Shown here: piece after piece, positions 62,059 through 64,000 of the stretch
Layout of the letters: the number at the start of each line of letters is the position of its first letter
Position numbering within the stretch: position 1 is the first letter of the stretch
From: an uncultured cyanobacterium
GTDB lineage: Bacteria; Cyanobacteriota; Cyanobacteriia; Cyanobacteriales; CAWUOF01
Direction: 5' to 3'
Length of the DNA stretch: 64,000 nucleotides
Assembly (NCBI GenBank): GCA_963744145.1
Contig: CAVUSO010000001.1
Coordinates: 7,488,001-7,552,000 of the forward strand
Made by a program: the position numbers and the translations under genes
Notes under the pieces: model-generated
Seen by the model: only the letters and a program-made list of their open reading frames with translations
The model's database searches: none
Told to the model about the DNA's origin: nothing

Positions 62059-63576
62059 ATGACTATGAGCGAGCATTCCGATGTTCGTGCTTTGCACCAC
62101 GAGGGAAAAACCCTGCTGAAGTCCGGTAAATATGCTGAAGCAGTTGCTAAGTTTGATCTGGTTTTAGCCAAAGGACCAGATTGGTACGAAGCTTGGTATG
62201 AGCGAGGTAAAGCACTCAGGGCTTTAGGAAAACTCCATGAAGCGATCGCGAGTTATGATCAAGCTTTAGCCCTCCGACCTGATGATTATTGGGCTTGGTA
62301 TAAACGGGGCAATGTTTTTGATCAGTTAAAGTTATTACCAGAAGCGATCGCCAGCTATCAACAAGCACTAAAATTAAGACCAGATGACTATTGGGCTTGG
62401 TATCGTGGTGGAGAAGGGTTACGTCGTTTGGGTCAATATCAAAGTGCGATTGAATATTATGATAAAGCTTTAGAACTCAGACCAGATGATTATTGGGCTT
62501 GGTATCGACGTGGTGATGCTTTACTAGGGCTGGAATCCTATCAGGAAGCTGTGATCTGTTATGATCGATCTCTAAAAATTGAACCCCGTGATTATTGGGC
62601 TTGGTATCATCGTGGTCAAGCTTTATTAAAATTAGGTCAGTATGAAGACGCAGTTTTGAGCTATCAGCGAGCTGTGGATATTGAGCCAAAAGATTATTGG
62701 GCTTGGTATGGAAAAGGGGAAGCTTTATGGGGATTAGGTAAGTATCAACCAGCAGTTTCCTGTTGGAAAAAAGCCACAGAAATAGAACCATTAGCAGGTG
62801 CAGCTTGGTATAAAACTGGTCAAGCACTGAGTGAATTAGGCTGTGATCAAGAAGCAATTGATTGTTTGCAAAAAGCTACAGAAATTTGTCCTGAACTATA
62901 TGAAGCTTGGCATCTTTGTGGGATTACTTGGCGTAATTTGGGTGAGTATGAAAAAGCTTTAGCTAGTTTTGAGCGGGGATTGGAACTTAAACCAGATGAT
63001 GCTCTAGCTTGGTTTAATCGTGGGGAAACATTAGCTAATTTAGAACGCTATCGATTAGCGATCGCGAGTTATGAAAATGCTTTAAAGTTTTTACCTAGTT
63101 ATGCTGAAGCTTGGAACAATCACGGCATTGCGTTGGTAATGTTAGGTCATGAGGAAGCTAGTCTGGCTAGTTTTGAAAATGCGATTCAGTACCGACCAGA
63201 CTATGGTAGAGCTTGGCATAATCATGGGCAAATACTTGGTCAATTAGGATACTATGCAGCAGCGATCGCTAGTTTTGATCAGGCTTTAAAAATTCAGTCA
63301 GATTATCCCCCATCTTGGACTTGGTATCATCGCGCTCAAGCTCTCATGTCGTTAGGTCGTTTGACAGACGCGATCACGAGTTTTGACCAAGTATTAGCTA
63401 TTCATCCCGACGATGCAGCAACTTGGTATGATCAAGCTTGTTGTTATGCGAAACAAAGTAATTTTGAAGCAGCCAAAATTAGTTTACAACAAGCAATTAA
63501 ATTAGCACCAAATTTATATATAGAAAAAGCCAAGTTAGAACCAGATTTTGAGCAAATTCGCACAATAATTATTTGA
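62059..63576 (+). CDS. Tetratricopeptide repeat protein
   Basis: More than a dozen 34-aa TPRs (several DDYWAWY.RG variants); terminal WYDQACCYA. Confidence 0.92.
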   Translation: MTMSEHSDVRALHHEGKTLLKSGKYAEAVAKFDLVLAKGPDWYEAWYERGKALRALGKLHEAIASYDQALALRPDDYWAWYKRGNVFDQLKLLPEAIASYQQALKLRPDDYWAWYRGGEGLRRLGQYQSAIEYYDKALELRPDDYWAWYRRGDALLGLESYQEAVICYDRSLKIEPRDYWAWYHRGQALLKLGQYEDAVLSYQRAVDIEPKDYWAWYGKGEALWGLGKYQPAVSCWKKATEIEPLAGAAWYKTGQALSELGCDQEAIDCLQKATEICPELYEAWHLCGITWRNLGEYEKALASFERGLELKPDDALAWFNRGETLANLERYRLAIASYENALKFLPSYAEAWNNHGIALVMLGHEEASLASFENAIQYRPDYGRAWHNHGQILGQLGYYAAAIASFDQALKIQSDYPPSWTWYHRAQALMSLGRLTDAITSFDQVLAIHPDDAATWYDQACCYAKQSNFEAAKISLQQAIKLAPNLYIEKAKLEPDFEQIRTIII

Positions 63577-63670
63577 GAAAATCAATAATTTTTAGACTGA
63601 TCAGCTATAATCATATTAGCCAACCTATTTAGTCCCTAATTTTCTTGCTAGTTAGCTGATATTTTCGGCC

Positions 63671-64000
63671 ATGTCTGAAAGGGAAGGAGAGCGAGTCATG
63701 GCAAAACGCTTAACAGAATTTTTTGATCCACGAACTTTAGAGATTACTCTCTCTGATATTGCTCAAGGGATGAATCAACCCTTAGAAAAAATCTCTTTTC
63801 CCACCTCAGACTGGAAATGGACGAGTATATTTTTAGTGGTCATTGAAGGTCATGGTGGAGAATTTGTCAGTTATCGGATTTTACAGTCATGGCTAAATCA
63901 AGTAATTCAATTAATTACTAATAGTAATAATTGGCAAGAATTAGAGGAATTATTAGAAGTAACTCTCTTAGAAATCCAAGACTATCCTTATCCAGATAGT
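63671..64000 (+). CDS. Hypothetical protein, truncated by the window end
   Basis: Open frame from ATG 63671 (MSEREGERVMAKRLTEFFDPRTLEITLSDIA...) to the end of the window. Confidence 0.6.
   Translation, partial: MSEREGERVMAKRLTEFFDPRTLEITLSDIAQGMNQPLEKISFPTSDWKWTSIFLVVIEGHGGEFVSYRILQSWLNQVIQLITNSNNWQELEELLEVTLLEIQDYPYPDS

Overview
This is a 64-kb window of a low-GC cyanobacterial chromosome, identified by dense HIP1 (GCGATCGC) sites, the ndhF3-ndhD3-cupA/cupS CO2-uptake genes, Yfr1 between guaB3 and trxA, an NtcA-type glnB promoter and desB. Most of it is housekeeping and signalling genes: three tandem PatA-type regulators before a CheY, slt, pepA, hrcA, a tRNA nucleotidyltransferase, a two-component/c-di-GMP cluster, pgm, rdgB, a frameshifted recG and an aspartase/fumarase. 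Several GTAG-type REP/BIME-like repeat arrays are interspersed. The standout locus is a Ro60/TROVE gene immediately preceded by two tandem non-coding RNAs. Each has a full tRNA outer frame (open 8-bp acceptor stem, D arm, T arm, and in one case an encoded CCA), with a Y-RNA Ro-binding module closed by a tetraloop where the anticodon arm should be. They look like circularly permuted tRNA/Y-RNA hybrids in two different permutations, and a CCA-family nucleotidyltransferase gene lies just upstream. Other leads are a possible DGR-type variable tail on a GUN4-domain protein, a partial trxA duplication that gave thioredoxin a His-rich tail, a paralogous gene pair with a degenerate dUTPase-like domain, an internally deleted kinase gene and a DJ-1/beta-propeller fusion. 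All calls come from reading the sequence; no database searches were run.
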